Positions 10,096 through 20,230 of a DNA stretch of 64,000 nucleotides are shown here, in pieces. The notes under the pieces were generated by a model. It saw only the letters and a list, made by a program, of their open reading frames with translations, had not been told where the DNA came from and ran no database searches. Source of the DNA: a virus; the IMG/VR virus record IMGVR_UViG_3300010373_000004, positions 1 to 64,000 of that record. One strand, written 5' to 3'. The stretch's first letter is position 1. Every line of letters starts with the position of its first letter. The position numbers and the translations under genes are program-made.

Positions 10096-11195
10096 TACTT
10101 TATTATTCCTTTTTCTCTTAATACTTTTTCTACCTTAGCTGCTCTAGCTCTGGAAGAACGCTTTGGATTAGGTCCAAGAATAGCAGCTACCTCTCGCTGG
10201 AAAGCTGAATTTGCCTGATCTGGAAGCATTCCTTTAAGTTGTATACCAAAAGCATATTGTTCTAAATATGCTTCAATAGCTTCATTCTCAGCTAAAACTG
10301 CTCTACGTCTATTTTCGTTACTCGTAATTCTATGATGAAGTCTTGCTTGTGAAAGAGTGTTTTCACGCCGCATTTGTTCGTAGCGAGCACCTTCCTCTAT
10401 ATCATGAATTTCATCTTCTTCTTCGGATATATCCCACTCCAAAGGATTATACACGCTACGTAATTGTCGGCGCATATTTTGAATTCTTGATTTCTCTAAT
10501 TCAGATATTCTACGATTTTGGTGTTCCTGCGCTTGTACTAGCTCATCGTAGGTAGCATCTAACTTATTGTAATAATCGTCTATATCTTTAGTAGCAAGAG
10601 ACTTGATAAATTCTCTACAATCATCAATAGCTTTCTCTACATACATTCCAGGTGGTCGTCCAGGAATAGTAACCTTTCTAGTTACTATCTTTTGACCTTC
10701 GCTATTATAAAATACAAGCATTCCTCTGGCAGGAATATTATCCGGTTTACCGTGAACAGTGTAAGTACGCCAACCTGTAAAGTAGAAACGCAACCATTCT
10801 GGACCAGATACAGTTACGATAAGTTTACTTGATGCTTTTACATCAACATCTATTGGTCCAGCATGCCCACTACCCATATACTTTCTTATATCAGGATCAG
10901 AGTTAAGATGCTTGTAGATACCAAACTTAATCTGGCTTTCTATGTAGCTACGCACCTGGCGAGAAAGTTCTATTTCTTGTATGTTGTTTAATTCACCAAA
11001 TGTATCTAATAGAATTTCTTGTTCGTAAGTGCCGTGACTAACATCTGCTCTTTGTTCGTCATAGCGCGTATGCCAGATAGCAGAAAGCTTTTCAAGATCA
11101 TAACCATATTCAGGAACAGCATCTTGGACCATAGGATTGTCATAGACATTCCAAGGCCATTGATGTGTCCAGTCTGGTGTCTTAGGTCTTGCCAT
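10095..11195 (-). CDS. Putative neck/tail completion protein with charged C-terminal extension
   Basis: 'LVFY...IVTRKVTIPG.PP..YVEKA' resembles HK97 gp10-like proteins; neck-region position. Confidence 0.45.
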   Translation of the reverse strand: MARPKTPDWTHQWPWNVYDNPMVQDAVPEYGYDLEKLSAIWHTRYDEQRADVSHGTYEQEILLDTFGELNNIQEIELSRQVRSYIESQIKFGIYKHLNSDPDIRKYMGSGHAGPIDVDVKASSKLIVTVSGPEWLRFYFTGWRTYTVHGKPDNIPARGMLVFYNSEGQKIVTRKVTIPGRPPGMYVEKAIDDCREFIKSLATKDIDDYYNKLDATYDELVQAQEHQNRRISELEKSRIQNMRRQLRSVYNPLEWDISEEEDEIHDIEEGARYEQMRRENTLSQARLHHRITSNENRRRAVLAENEAIEAYLEQYAFGIQLKGMLPDQANSAFQREVAAILGPNPKRSSRARAAKVEKVLREKGIIK

Positions 11196-11463
11196 CTATT
11201 AAACTTTCAACAATAAAACCAATGCGTGTTCCTAACTGAGAACCAGCATATAATACTAATAGCGCTAAAACAGTTTGCCACGATAAGGCAAAATTAACAA
11301 TAACTTGTGCAAAACTTAATGCAGTTGCTATATCAGCTAAACCATCCCAATTACCAGCTAACCAAATCTTTCTTTCTTGGACTGCAAGAGTACATAGTGT
11401 ATTCAAACTATCCCTTGCAGCCATTGAAAGAAATATAATGATAAGTGGTAAAACTACTGACAT
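11182..11463 (-). CDS. Small membrane protein
   Basis: Three hydrophobic segments. Confidence 0.55.
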   Translation of the reverse strand: MSVVLPLIIIFLSMAARDSLNTLCTLAVQERKIWLAGNWDGLADIATALSFAQVIVNFALSWQTVLALLVLYAGSQLGTRIGFIVESLIDGKT

Positions 11464-12710
11464 TTTTTAATCGCGTTAATTGCTGCCTTTACAGATTCCT
11501 CTTTAAGTTTATCCCAAGTAAAATTACAATTCTTTAAACTTCTAGCAGACATTTGATGCCATAATGATTTGTTCTTTGCTATATCTACAATCTTATTGGC
11601 GGCATCTACAATGTCTATAAGTGCGTGTTCAACGCCAGAACTATGATGATAGTAATCTGAAACTCTAATTGGAGTTGCATAATCCTTTGCATACTCCCAT
11701 CCAGCGGCATACTGTGTAGTAAGAACAGGCAGCCCACATCTAGCTGCTTCCATGAGAGGTATACCAGCACCTTCAACAGCGGAAGGATGAAAGTATAAGT
11801 CTGCACAGTTGTATAACTTACACAACGAACCTTTTTTATCTGACGGTAACGTGACAAAATCCAGCGGACTTTCATCGTTAGGCTGGGAGAATATAACGTT
11901 ATTTTCGTCTAGCCCAGCTTGATAAACTTCATCGTTTAAAGCCCAACCTTCTAGCTTATAGTCATTATAAACTTTAGTGTGTGCAAGAATCTTAAAGGTA
12001 ATTTCTGGCAACATGTCCTGTGCTAATTTAATAGCTCTAAAGAAACGCGGCCACTGCTTTCTGCCAGCATTTCGCGCATTATACATTATAACAAATGTAT
12101 TGTCGCCCCATTCTTGATTACACTGAGCAGCTAGGTCAGCCTTTAACTTCTTACGATCTTCCTTATTAAACATCTGCCAATTAGCATGGTTCACACCATG
12201 ATAAGCAACAGGTGACAGTCTACCAGTCTTTTCAAAAGCCACAGCGTTAGAGTATTCTGATGGAAGTATAATTTCATCAATCTCTAACTTATTTCTAGTT
12301 TGCTTATTTCTAAAAGCATCATCAACAAACATACGTAACCAAGAGCGCATCATAGGAGCACCCTCGGTTATTAAGTAGCTAGCGTGTGGCCAATAAGATA
12401 TGAAGCTGGAGCGAAGATACTCCATTACCGAACCTACATCGTAATAGGTAAAGATAACATCAGGCTCAAACTTCTTTAACACTTCATTATTAAGTTGTGG
12501 AATTCCATGCATATTTGAAGGTTCGGTCCATGTTGCTCTTTGAACACCATAGTCAGCAAGTCCTTCAAGACACTTCTGTCCATATCCACCAGTACATAAC
12601 GCATGAATATCAAATTCAGTTGCCAGTGCTGGAACAATTTGTTGTGATACAACACCAAATCCGGTGTTAACTGTAGGAGGTTCTGCGATATATAGAAGTT
12701 TCTTTTTCAC
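11454..12710 (-). CDS. Glycosyltransferase family 4 (GT-B)
   Basis: N-terminal 'TGFGVV', 'RNAGRK' and 'PSAVEGAGIPLMEAARCGLPV' EX7E motif. Confidence 0.9.
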   Translation of the reverse strand: MKKKLLYIAEPPTVNTGFGVVSQQIVPALATEFDIHALCTGGYGQKCLEGLADYGVQRATWTEPSNMHGIPQLNNEVLKKFEPDVIFTYYDVGSVMEYLRSSFISYWPHASYLITEGAPMMRSWLRMFVDDAFRNKQTRNKLEIDEIILPSEYSNAVAFEKTGRLSPVAYHGVNHANWQMFNKEDRKKLKADLAAQCNQEWGDNTFVIMYNARNAGRKQWPRFFRAIKLAQDMLPEITFKILAHTKVYNDYKLEGWALNDEVYQAGLDENNVIFSQPNDESPLDFVTLPSDKKGSLCKLYNCADLYFHPSAVEGAGIPLMEAARCGLPVLTTQYAAGWEYAKDYATPIRVSDYYHHSSGVEHALIDIVDAANKIVDIAKNKSLWHQMSARSLKNCNFTWDKLKEESVKAAINAIKKCQ

Positions 12711-13031
12711 TTATTTTGTCTTTATTTGTACTGTATTTGTATATGTTCGGCCAGAGGCCATGTTTGCTCTTACTAGAGCTGTATAGTTAGCTTCATCGTA
12801 TGTAGAAATAATAAGTGAGTCGGCTGGAAGCGTAAATTCAAACCAATACGCATCTGTATTATTTACTGGTGGATGAGCTATAGGTGCATTAGTTGAATAG
12901 ACTAATACATTGGATGGATCATAAAGTGCTAGTGTTAAAAGTGTAGGTGTATCATTATCTGTTACAGCATAATCTGATGCCAAAAATACCTGTAACTGCA
13001 ACGTTGTCGCTGCATTAAATAATCCTGGCAT
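12711..13031 (-). CDS. Hypothetical virion protein
   Basis: Beta-rich ORF in the neck operon. Confidence 0.4.
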   Translation of the reverse strand: MPGLFNAATTLQLQVFLASDYAVTDNDTPTLLTLALYDPSNVLVYSTNAPIAHPPVNNTDAYWFEFTLPADSLIISTYDEANYTALVRANMASGRTYTNTVQIKTK

Positions 13032-13642
13032 TAGAAGTTATTAACCTGCAATACTAATTTCATTAATTGTTGTGGTCTAAGCTGTAATAGAGAAGAATAA
13101 TTGTCGTTAGATATAGGTAAACTAGCTTGCATTACAGGAACTGGAACGGTATAAATAGTGTCATCCGGAGTGGCTTGAAATACTACTATATGCCATCCTA
13201 TTTGATCGTTATTAAACGTCCAATCTCTAACATTAACTCCAACTCTATATCTTGCGCCAGTATGGTCAATTACAAGATCACCTATTTTGGGCTCTTGTAT
13301 CATTGCTATTGATAGTTTTTGATCTTGTTCAGTTCTAACAGGACCTGACTGATCCCAATCAGTAACCACAGTGTTATAAGAGAAAATACCATAAACACGC
13401 TGGTAAGGACTATTGATGCCTGTATAAGGAGAACCCCAACCACCAGCGAATCCAGTCCCATAACAAATAGGACAATTTGGGTCCGTTTCAAGTTTCTCGT
13501 CAATATCAGCGCATCTAGGACAGAAGCCATTATTAAATTCTGAGTTAAATCTTGGTAGATAGACTAGTCTTTCACCACGACCCTCTAACCACTGTAACAA
13601 GAAGTCTTTGGGTGCTTGATGAAAACTAATATCTATACTCAC
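13031..13642 (-). CDS. Putative head closure/neck protein with Zn-binding motif
   Basis: CPRC...CPICYGTGF motif; downstream of the capsid genes. Confidence 0.55.
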   Translation of the reverse strand: MSIDISFHQAPKDFLLQWLEGRGERLVYLPRFNSEFNNGFCPRCADIDEKLETDPNCPICYGTGFAGGWGSPYTGINSPYQRVYGIFSYNTVVTDWDQSGPVRTEQDQKLSIAMIQEPKIGDLVIDHTGARYRVGVNVRDWTFNNDQIGWHIVVFQATPDDTIYTVPVPVMQASLPISNDNYSSLLQLRPQQLMKLVLQVNNF

Positions 13643-14194
13643 TTAAACCACGCTTATTGCATAATAAGCACCCGAAGGTGCAGTGTACCCTGTAAAGTTA
13701 GATACTTCCTGGTTTGGAAAGCTTCGCTGAAAATCTGGATCGTGTGGTAAGACCCGACCTCTAGCGTGTGCTAACGCTACTGGAAACGTTCTTGCATAAT
13801 ATTCTGTAGATATATTAGCAAAGAAGTAATTAGCATCGCTTCTAAAGTCTGCCTTTTTCTGTTTCCAGTTTATCTGGATTCTTTTAACCCTAGCTAAGTC
13901 CTCTATTTGCTGCTCGACTGGAATGGTTATTTCCAGCCTAGAGCATAGATTAGCACAACATAAAGCTATCGTTCCAGCCTTAAACGAAGTCTGGTCAGGA
14001 TCATTTGGAGCTAATCCCATTAGTATTTGGAAATTAGCTTTTGAGACTCTTGAAATAGCTTCTGCTTCTGCCGAAGGTAAGAATTGAAGTTCGTCTATAA
14101 CTTCATCGGTTAACTGGCGACGAACATCATGGTCTAAACCTAAAGCACCACGAACACTATCGTAGTCTAACTCAGTCTTAAGAATTTGTCCCAT
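13643..14194 (-). CDS. Putative head-tail adaptor
   Basis: 'YDSVRGALG...LTDEVID' N-terminus and position. Confidence 0.5.
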   Translation of the reverse strand: MGQILKTELDYDSVRGALGLDHDVRRQLTDEVIDELQFLPSAEAEAISRVSKANFQILMGLAPNDPDQTSFKAGTIALCCANLCSRLEITIPVEQQIEDLARVKRIQINWKQKKADFRSDANYFFANISTEYYARTFPVALAHARGRVLPHDPDFQRSFPNQEVSNFTGYTAPSGAYYAISVV

Positions 14195-14739
14195 TACGGA
14201 TTCTGCGGTTCAGCAGCCTTCAAAGGTTTTGTATTAACTGTATCAACAATCTGACCAGCCTTAATAAGTTCTAAGCAGCGTTTATACTCAGCCTTCTGAT
14301 CATCATCTGTGCCAAACAGCATCGGATCAAGACGGTAAGGCTTTCTAACACGTTCTAGAATAACATCACCCTTCTTCTGCTCTGCTCTAATCTTTAGAAC
14401 AGTATTGGCGATTTCTTCAACAGACATGTTGACGCTTGGATGGCCGATCCACTTAGGTAGTGTTTCTGCTACATCTTCGCTAACTTCTAGTAGTCGTCCA
14501 GAATACTTTTCAAAAGGTTTGCCGTCCTTTTCGCTAAAGCCCATAATCTTTTCTTCATGCAAAGCATGTGTTACAGGTTGTACGTATGGAACTTGAAAGA
14601 CTGGACAAACAGGATCACCTAATTCGTCAAATCCATGAACATGGATTCTTTCATAGCCTTCTTCTGGATCACCAGAAATGTTTTCTTTTATAAAATTGAT
14701 GTGCGGTTCGACAACACGAACCCAAGCTGTTCTAGCCAT
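14194..14739 (-). CDS. Hypothetical protein
   Basis: ORF with RBS downstream of the major capsid gene. Confidence 0.5.
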   Translation of the reverse strand: MARTAWVRVVEPHINFIKENISGDPEEGYERIHVHGFDELGDPVCPVFQVPYVQPVTHALHEEKIMGFSEKDGKPFEKYSGRLLEVSEDVAETLPKWIGHPSVNMSVEEIANTVLKIRAEQKKGDVILERVRKPYRLDPMLFGTDDDQKAEYKRCLELIKAGQIVDTVNTKPLKAAEPQNP

Positions 14740-14780
14740 TGAAATCCTTTATAACTATGGTTGTATTCTTATTAGATACC

Positions 14781-14818
14781 AAGAAAGGAGGGAGAGCCGG
14801 AACTCTACCCTCCCTTTC
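14781..14818 (-). terminator. Intrinsic terminator after the major capsid gene
   Basis: Long GC-rich hairpin followed by T-rich tail. Confidence 0.65.
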
Positions 14819-14829
14819 GACGGTTTGTT

Positions 14830-16080
14830 TTAAACGTATGTTAGTGTGATACCAGATTCGTTGATGATCTTATTGAATCCAATGTTCTGTGATACTGTAA
14901 TCATGTTTGTCTGGTCGATTATGTTTCTAGCAGATTCAGTGATATTAGAGTTAACTTCAATCAACTGTTCTAGAAGCAGACTTCGATCCATACCTACAAT
15001 CAGACCACCTGGCATAAATGGCATGTAGACTAGTCTTACACTGCCCCAAATACCTTGTGCTAATTCGATAGTACCGATATTAACACCCTTCTGGTCAAAC
15101 TGAGCAAGAAGAAGCAATGGGTTGATGTTAGGGAACTGCAAAGTAAGAATCTGTAGCAATTCATATAGTCTACCGACGATTGTGCTCATCTGCATAGGCC
15201 ATATAGTAGCCTTGAATCTTAACCAAGTCTGATAATCAAATGTCTTTGAAATCGTTGATGACTGATTTGCATACCCGTACAGAACTAGATATGTATCATA
15301 AACACTTCCTGGTCCAGATGGAGCATTGCTGTTCATGGTAGTCATATTCCAGTTAGGAGCAGCGTTACCATTACCATCACCATTCAGAATAATATCCATA
15401 GCCATTGTAGCCTGGTCTAGCTTATTCTGAGCAGCAATTCTCTGTAGGAATAGAGAGAAGATATCCAGCTTTACTCTACGCATGTATTCATAAGAAGTTA
15501 CGATACGTAGACCATACTTCTTGACATACACGTTATGTTCAGAAGTCTGAATATAGACGGTAGGTAGCTCGGCTCTTTCACCAGTATGCTTTAATCTTCT
15601 CTGTTCCTGAGTATCATTCATATAGATAGTCTTGTAACCAGCGCTATCTATAGGTGTAACCTTAGCTACAAGTTCACCTAGAACATCCTGTGCCAAAGGT
15701 GTAACTCTCATCTGTCGGTTTATAAACTCAGGGAACAGAATCCATGACTGAGGATCACCAGATACGAATGTATTTGATGTATCTCTAGTTACAGATAGCT
15801 CAGGCTTCCAGAACTCGGATAGGCTAGAAGCCGGAATACCGCGCATAGCATCAGACTGAGTTCTGATGTTAAATCTTCGAAGCTGTCGCTGGAAGGCATC
15901 AGTACCGTCGTATTCTCTTTCGTTCTTAGAAGGAGTTGGATTAATTTGTTCTAGTAACTGAGAGAATGTTAACTTACGATCATTCATAGCTCGTTCATAT
16001 GACTGAACAGCAGTAGGACCGAAATCTACTTCTCTAAAGTCTGACTTTACTTCAAAGTCTGGAACAATAACGTCTGCCAT
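14830..16080 (-). CDS. Major capsid protein (HK97 fold)
   Basis: 'LFPEFINR', 'GERAELPT', 'KKYGLRIVTSYEYMRR', 'ILNGDGNGNAA'; follows the scaffold and decoration genes. Confidence 0.85.
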   Translation of the reverse strand: MADVIVPDFEVKSDFREVDFGPTAVQSYERAMNDRKLTFSQLLEQINPTPSKNEREYDGTDAFQRQLRRFNIRTQSDAMRGIPASSLSEFWKPELSVTRDTSNTFVSGDPQSWILFPEFINRQMRVTPLAQDVLGELVAKVTPIDSAGYKTIYMNDTQEQRRLKHTGERAELPTVYIQTSEHNVYVKKYGLRIVTSYEYMRRVKLDIFSLFLQRIAAQNKLDQATMAMDIILNGDGNGNAAPNWNMTTMNSNAPSGPGSVYDTYLVLYGYANQSSTISKTFDYQTWLRFKATIWPMQMSTIVGRLYELLQILTLQFPNINPLLLLAQFDQKGVNIGTIELAQGIWGSVRLVYMPFMPGGLIVGMDRSLLLEQLIEVNSNITESARNIIDQTNMITVSQNIGFNKIINESGITLTYV

Positions 16081-16084
16081 GAAA

Positions 16085-16603
16085 TTATCCTAAGTACACT
16101 AGTGCTGAAACTGGACCAGTCGCTACATTTGACGGTGGTACAATATTGCCTGCTAAGTGACTAAATTGTTCTTGATTATGATTGTATACATAACCTACAC
16201 AAACTGCGTTAGCACATAGAGCAGTAGTATCAGGAACACCGATAACTGCACCAGAACCGTCTACAGCGCATAGATGACCAATCTGAGGTAGATTACCTGA
16301 GTTTGGTGTGAAGATACAAAATCCTCTGCATTGTACTGTGCAGTAACCTTCTGCTGCAACAGTTAATACTTGTCCGAAGATTCTCTGACCTGAAACACCC
16401 TTACCAACAGAAATGCCTGTTTCAGAAACAGCATTATATGTTGATGTTGAAGTTATGGTTACAGCAGCAGATAAATCTGTTGAAACGGACAGGTTTGCTC
16501 CACCAGGACCAAATGATGGTAGGTTGATAGAGCTATCTGTGAAAACTAGCACTTCTGGGCCAGTAATGCCCTGAAATGCAATATTTACTCGTGGATCAGC
16601 CAT
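16085..16603 (-). CDS. Putative capsid decoration protein
   Basis: Small beta/Gly-rich ORF just upstream of the MCP gene. Confidence 0.55.
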   Translation of the reverse strand: MADPRVNIAFQGITGPEVLVFTDSSINLPSFGPGGANLSVSTDLSAAVTITSTSTYNAVSETGISVGKGVSGQRIFGQVLTVAAEGYCTVQCRGFCIFTPNSGNLPQIGHLCAVDGSGAVIGVPDTTALCANAVCVGYVYNHNQEQFSHLAGNIVPPSNVATGPVSALVYLG

Positions 16604-16623
16604 AAAATTTCCTTACAAGTATA

Positions 16624-17670
16624 TTATGCCTTATAAAGCTCTGGATTGTCAAATAAGCTTCGAGTCTTACCTTCTTCATCCTTTTGGACGAATTCTCTAT
16701 TGCCAATTCCAGTTGCTGGTGCTACTGTTTGTCTTTGTGGAGTTTGAACTCGCATAAAGTCAGAAATCTTCTTGTCAACAGATGGATTAACCTTGTAAAC
16801 TTCTTCTGCTTGTCGTCTTACAGAATCTACATAAGCCTTTAAATCGCTCATGCTTTCAATAGATCGCATGATTCTAAGTTGCATGTCTGGATCAGCGTTA
16901 TCTCTATCTCTAGCAACAGAATATCTAACACCGTCTAGTTCTAGCTGTCGTCTATATTCTAGACCCTGATCAGCTAGTTCCATAAGTGCTCTAATGCCTT
17001 CGCCATCAAGAGATACACGATAAGGTACAACTGGTAAATCTTCTTCACCAATCTTAAGTGTTTCATCTTTAATAGCTCGTCCACCAGATGGAACTAAACC
17101 ACCCACTGAACCAGTTGCAGTTGGCTTTCCGCCAACTAAGATATTACAATAACCCTGTGGCCATACTTCTAACGTAACATTGCCAGACTCCTGTGCAACG
17201 CCACCGTCACCCTGATGAACTTCTGGACCATCACCAATATCGCCACTACCAGTACCAATAGTAGTACCGGAAGCTTGATACATTTCACCATGAACTGGAG
17301 AAATTGGTTCTGTTCCTGGGAACATATCACCAGCGGTGTGACCCTTTCCTGGTTCCATTCCAGTAAAGTTATTTAGAGAATAGCGAAGTTCGGAAGCTGT
17401 TTTCATTAAGTCAACAATACTTCTAATATTCTTAGAAGGACCAAACACTCTATCAGTCTTTGGCTTGTTGGCTTCTTCATTTTCCATTTCTTCGTCTACC
17501 TTCTTCTGGAAGGCTTCCTTGTCTAGCTTTTCAGTTCGTTCGCCAGATTCGACTTCTCGAATATACTTTGCTAGGATATTAAAAGACTTCTTTGGAAGGG
17601 TATCACCATGCTTACGAAGATACTTCATCCAATGATCAAGTTCTTCACGCATTTCTTGAGATAGTTCCAT
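16624..17670 (-). CDS. Putative scaffold protein
   Basis: Charged helical protein between the protease and MCP genes. Confidence 0.45.
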   Translation of the reverse strand: MELSQEMREELDHWMKYLRKHGDTLPKKSFNILAKYIREVESGERTEKLDKEAFQKKVDEEMENEEANKPKTDRVFGPSKNIRSIVDLMKTASELRYSLNNFTGMEPGKGHTAGDMFPGTEPISPVHGEMYQASGTTIGTGSGDIGDGPEVHQGDGGVAQESGNVTLEVWPQGYCNILVGGKPTATGSVGGLVPSGGRAIKDETLKIGEEDLPVVPYRVSLDGEGIRALMELADQGLEYRRQLELDGVRYSVARDRDNADPDMQLRIMRSIESMSDLKAYVDSVRRQAEEVYKVNPSVDKKISDFMRVQTPQRQTVAPATGIGNREFVQKDEEGKTRSLFDNPELYKA

Positions 17671-17672
17671 AA

Positions 17673-18473
17673 TTAATCCTTCTTATGCTTACGTGCTTTT
17701 CGATAAATTCTCATAGCACGTATTAAATAAGATTCATCAGTTTCGTGCAAATCTTCTTTTAAGAACGTAATAACCTCAGCACGACGCATGTCTTTTCTGA
17801 GATTACCACCGTATGTCATATTATACCGTGCTATGTCCTTATCGTCTAATTTACCTAAAGCTCTTAATTGAGCAGCTTTAAGAGAAACTGCGTTAGAATT
17901 AGAACCTTTCCAGACATGAGATAGCTCTGCTGCATGAGCATTATAAATACCATAAGTAGCTTTTCGTAACTTACCACTTACTTCGTATTCTTTGCCTGGA
18001 AGATGTGAACATGCTCGGCTTAGAACTTCGTTATCACAAAGTTCACAAACCTGCTTACCTTCATAGAAACGAACACTCACGTCCTTATAGATACCGGCAG
18101 TAACCGCACGAATATAATCATTAGACGGTATACCAAGGTCTACGCCTCTAACAACATAAATAGAGGCTAAAGTTTCACCATCACGGTACTCACCATTATA
18201 TGTACGGCCCATGACCTTTTCTTCATCATGATTGATTAGAAAAGATCGACCAGCCTGGTAATCTTCTGCGTAATTACGTAATGTAGTATCATCCATTCTA
18301 GAATGGAAAGAATCATAGGTACGATCAGAAGCCTTAGCTGAGAATACGAAAATATCCTCGGGAGAAACATCTCCCAAGGTTTGCTTTCGTATAAGAGCCA
18401 TATCACGTTCTGTAGGATTACCTACTGTTCCTGTAATAGGGAACTTAGAAAAATCAAAGAAATTACTTCGCAT
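17673..18473 (-). CDS. Prohead protease
   Basis: 'FLINHD', 'DVSVRF', CELC..CSHLPG and 'ELSHV' motifs of HK97-type proteases. Confidence 0.75.
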   Translation of the reverse strand: MRSNFFDFSKFPITGTVGNPTERDMALIRKQTLGDVSPEDIFVFSAKASDRTYDSFHSRMDDTTLRNYAEDYQAGRSFLINHDEEKVMGRTYNGEYRDGETLASIYVVRGVDLGIPSNDYIRAVTAGIYKDVSVRFYEGKQVCELCDNEVLSRACSHLPGKEYEVSGKLRKATYGIYNAHAAELSHVWKGSNSNAVSLKAAQLRALGKLDDKDIARYNMTYGGNLRKDMRRAEVITFLKEDLHETDESYLIRAMRIYRKARKHKKD

Positions 18474-18583
18474 GAGGGTCTCTCCAAAACTCTATGTTTG
18501 CACTTTTACAATTAGGACAAACATTTGGAGCATTTAAAAGTAACTCTGTTCTGTGACAAGAGTTACAGTATACCTTGATATAG

Positions 18584-18742
18584 TTAATCATTGGTCTTTG
18601 GTGAGAATATAAACTTACACTTTAAACACTGGCGAACTTCATTTAGAGATTCCTTATATTTCTTAGGAACTCCCATAACCTTCACCATTCCGTCAGCGTA
18701 TGATTCTTCACACCGAGGACACTTTTCTTCGTCTAATTTCAT
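18584..18742 (-). CDS. Small Zn-ribbon protein (52 aa, below track cut-off)
   Basis: MKLDEEKCPRC...CLKCKFIF; start overlaps the upstream stop. Confidence 0.55.
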   Translation of the reverse strand: MKLDEEKCPRCEESYADGMVKVMGVPKKYKESLNEVRQCLKCKFIFSPKTND

Positions 18743-19089
18743 TATTGTAATTCCGCTGGTCCAGATTGTAGGACTGTTACTGTCACATTACCTGAAACCA
18801 TATTTGCTGTTCTTGTTCTAAACTGACCTAACGCTTCTGGCTTATGGTTAGCGTCCATCGTATAAACACCGGCAACTCCAGTATTTGCATACAAAGATGC
18901 ATTTCCAGCACCTTGTAGCACAACTGGAACCCAATTCTGTCCATCTATAGAACATTCAAAGAATATAGTTCCACCAAAAGTTCCAGTTACTTGAACGCCT
19001 AACGCATCATAGCCATTCAAATTAACAGTAGAGCCATTTGCATTGGCAACCTGCGCATTTTGCGTTGTAGTAACAACTGTAGGAACCAT
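18742..19089 (-). CDS. Hypothetical beta-sandwich (virion) protein
   Basis: 'VQVTGTFGGTIFFECSIDGQNW' pattern common in phage structural proteins. Confidence 0.5.
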   Translation of the reverse strand: MVPTVVTTTQNAQVANANGSTVNLNGYDALGVQVTGTFGGTIFFECSIDGQNWVPVVLQGAGNASLYANTGVAGVYTMDANHKPEALGQFRTRTANMVSGNVTVTVLQSGPAELQ

Positions 19090-19725
19090 CTAACTTAACC
19101 AAGAAAATGCCCAACCAATTTGGACATTAGCACCAGAATTATTCGGGTCGAAAAGCTGCTTAGCTGCTGTTAACAACTGAGCATCTGTATATCTATTTTG
19201 ACTAAAATCTACATGCTGACAACTATCTAAAATTCTATCGTCAACAGTAGATTCAGCAACTACAATTGTGAGAAAATGATTACTATCAATATTGACTAAA
19301 GTTTCAAGATTAACAGCAATCGTTTTAAACTGAATTGGAGTTGTTGTACCAGGAAAATTAACAGACCTTAAATCAGCAGAAGCTGTATCTGGATCAGTAA
19401 TTTCACTGATTCTAAGAGGACAGATAAGTCCTTGCTTATTTAATATTTGGTCAGAACTCTCGTATACCCAAGCATTAAACTGTTGTGCTAACGTCATTCC
19501 ATTAGCATATTCACTAATACCATGATTAACATTTGGTAGATTCCATAAAGTATCTACCAACTGCTTATCTTTATCTACATCTAAAGGCCATAATCCTGCC
19601 TTAACAGCAGCCATTGTGAGTGTTCTAACACCACAAGTTTCATCATAACCTTGTTGATTAGCATCGACTACGGCCTGATCGTCAGGCCCTACTATTGAGG
19701 CCGGAACAGTAGGGCTTAATCGAAA
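19090..19725 (-). CDS. C39-like cysteine peptidase domain, probably expressed by -1 frameshift from 19716..19913
   Basis: Frame is open upstream of ATG 19614 and encodes QQGYDETCGVRTLTMA (Cys at 19635-19633), then NHFLTIV and ILDS. Confidence 0.6.
   Translation of the reverse strand, partial: FRLSPTVPASIVGPDDQAVVDANQQGYDETCGVRTLTMAAVKAGLWPLDVDKDKQLVDTLWNLPNVNHGISEYANGMTLAQQFNAWVYESSDQILNKQGLICPLRISEITDPDTASADLRSVNFPGTTTPIQFKTIAVNLETLVNIDSNHFLTIVVAESTVDDRILDSCQHVDFSQNRYTDAQLLTAAKQLFDPNNSGANVQIGWAFSWLS
19671..19725 (-). promoter_or_regulatory. -1 frameshift signal: T_TTC + 6-nt spacer + H-type pseudoknot
   Basis: Stem 1 GCCCTACTGTT/AATAGTGGGGC (11 bp); loop CGGCCT pairs with downstream AGGCCG. 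Confidence 0.65.
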
Positions 19726-19913
19726 GAAATTGGGTCTACTGTATTAGTTAACTTATTATAAACAAGAAGCTTCTTTACCGGATTTCCGTTAGCATCTGCT
19801 ACTTGAACTTGTGCAACAGACATATCTGGAGTGAAATACTGTTCATTAGAAAGTGGAGTAGCATTGTTAGCTGTAATCCAATTTTGAAAGCCTAAGCCTA
19901 ATGTAAGAGCCAT
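19716..19913 (-). CDS. 65-aa protein; N-terminal module of the frameshift fusion
   Basis: RBS (AGGA) and ATG; ends PISFD-stop at the slip site. Confidence 0.7.
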   Translation of the reverse strand: MALTLGLGFQNWITANNATPLSNEQYFTPDMSVAQVQVADANGNPVKKLLVYNKLTNTVDPISFD

Positions 19914-19933
19914 GTTAGTATCCTATCACTTTA

Positions 19934-20230
19934 TTAGCCACCGTGCAATTTTGCTACTATTTCAAAAGTAGTGTACCCAAGGTTAACAAGAATTGCTATA
20001 GCTGGAAGAATCATTGTTTTTAAAGACAATGATCTCTTTTTATCACTCTTTAATTCATCAACATCAGTACGTAATTCTTTAATATCTCTAGTAGCTTCTT
20101 CCTTAAAAGAAAGAAATCCTTGCTGAGCTTGTAGAATCAAATCTACTTTAGCTTCAACTTTAGCTACTAGCTCTTTAACGGTATAACGAACAGTAGGTTG
20201 GTCGTCAGGACTAGCCATCATTTCCTGCAT
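19934..20230 (-). CDS. Coiled-coil protein with C-terminal TM (holin/XhlA-like)
   Basis: Heptad region followed by one hydrophobic helix. Confidence 0.5.
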   Translation of the reverse strand: MQEMMASPDDQPTVRYTVKELVAKVEAKVDLILQAQQGFLSFKEEATRDIKELRTDVDELKSDKKRSLSLKTMILPAIAILVNLGYTTFEIVAKLHGG

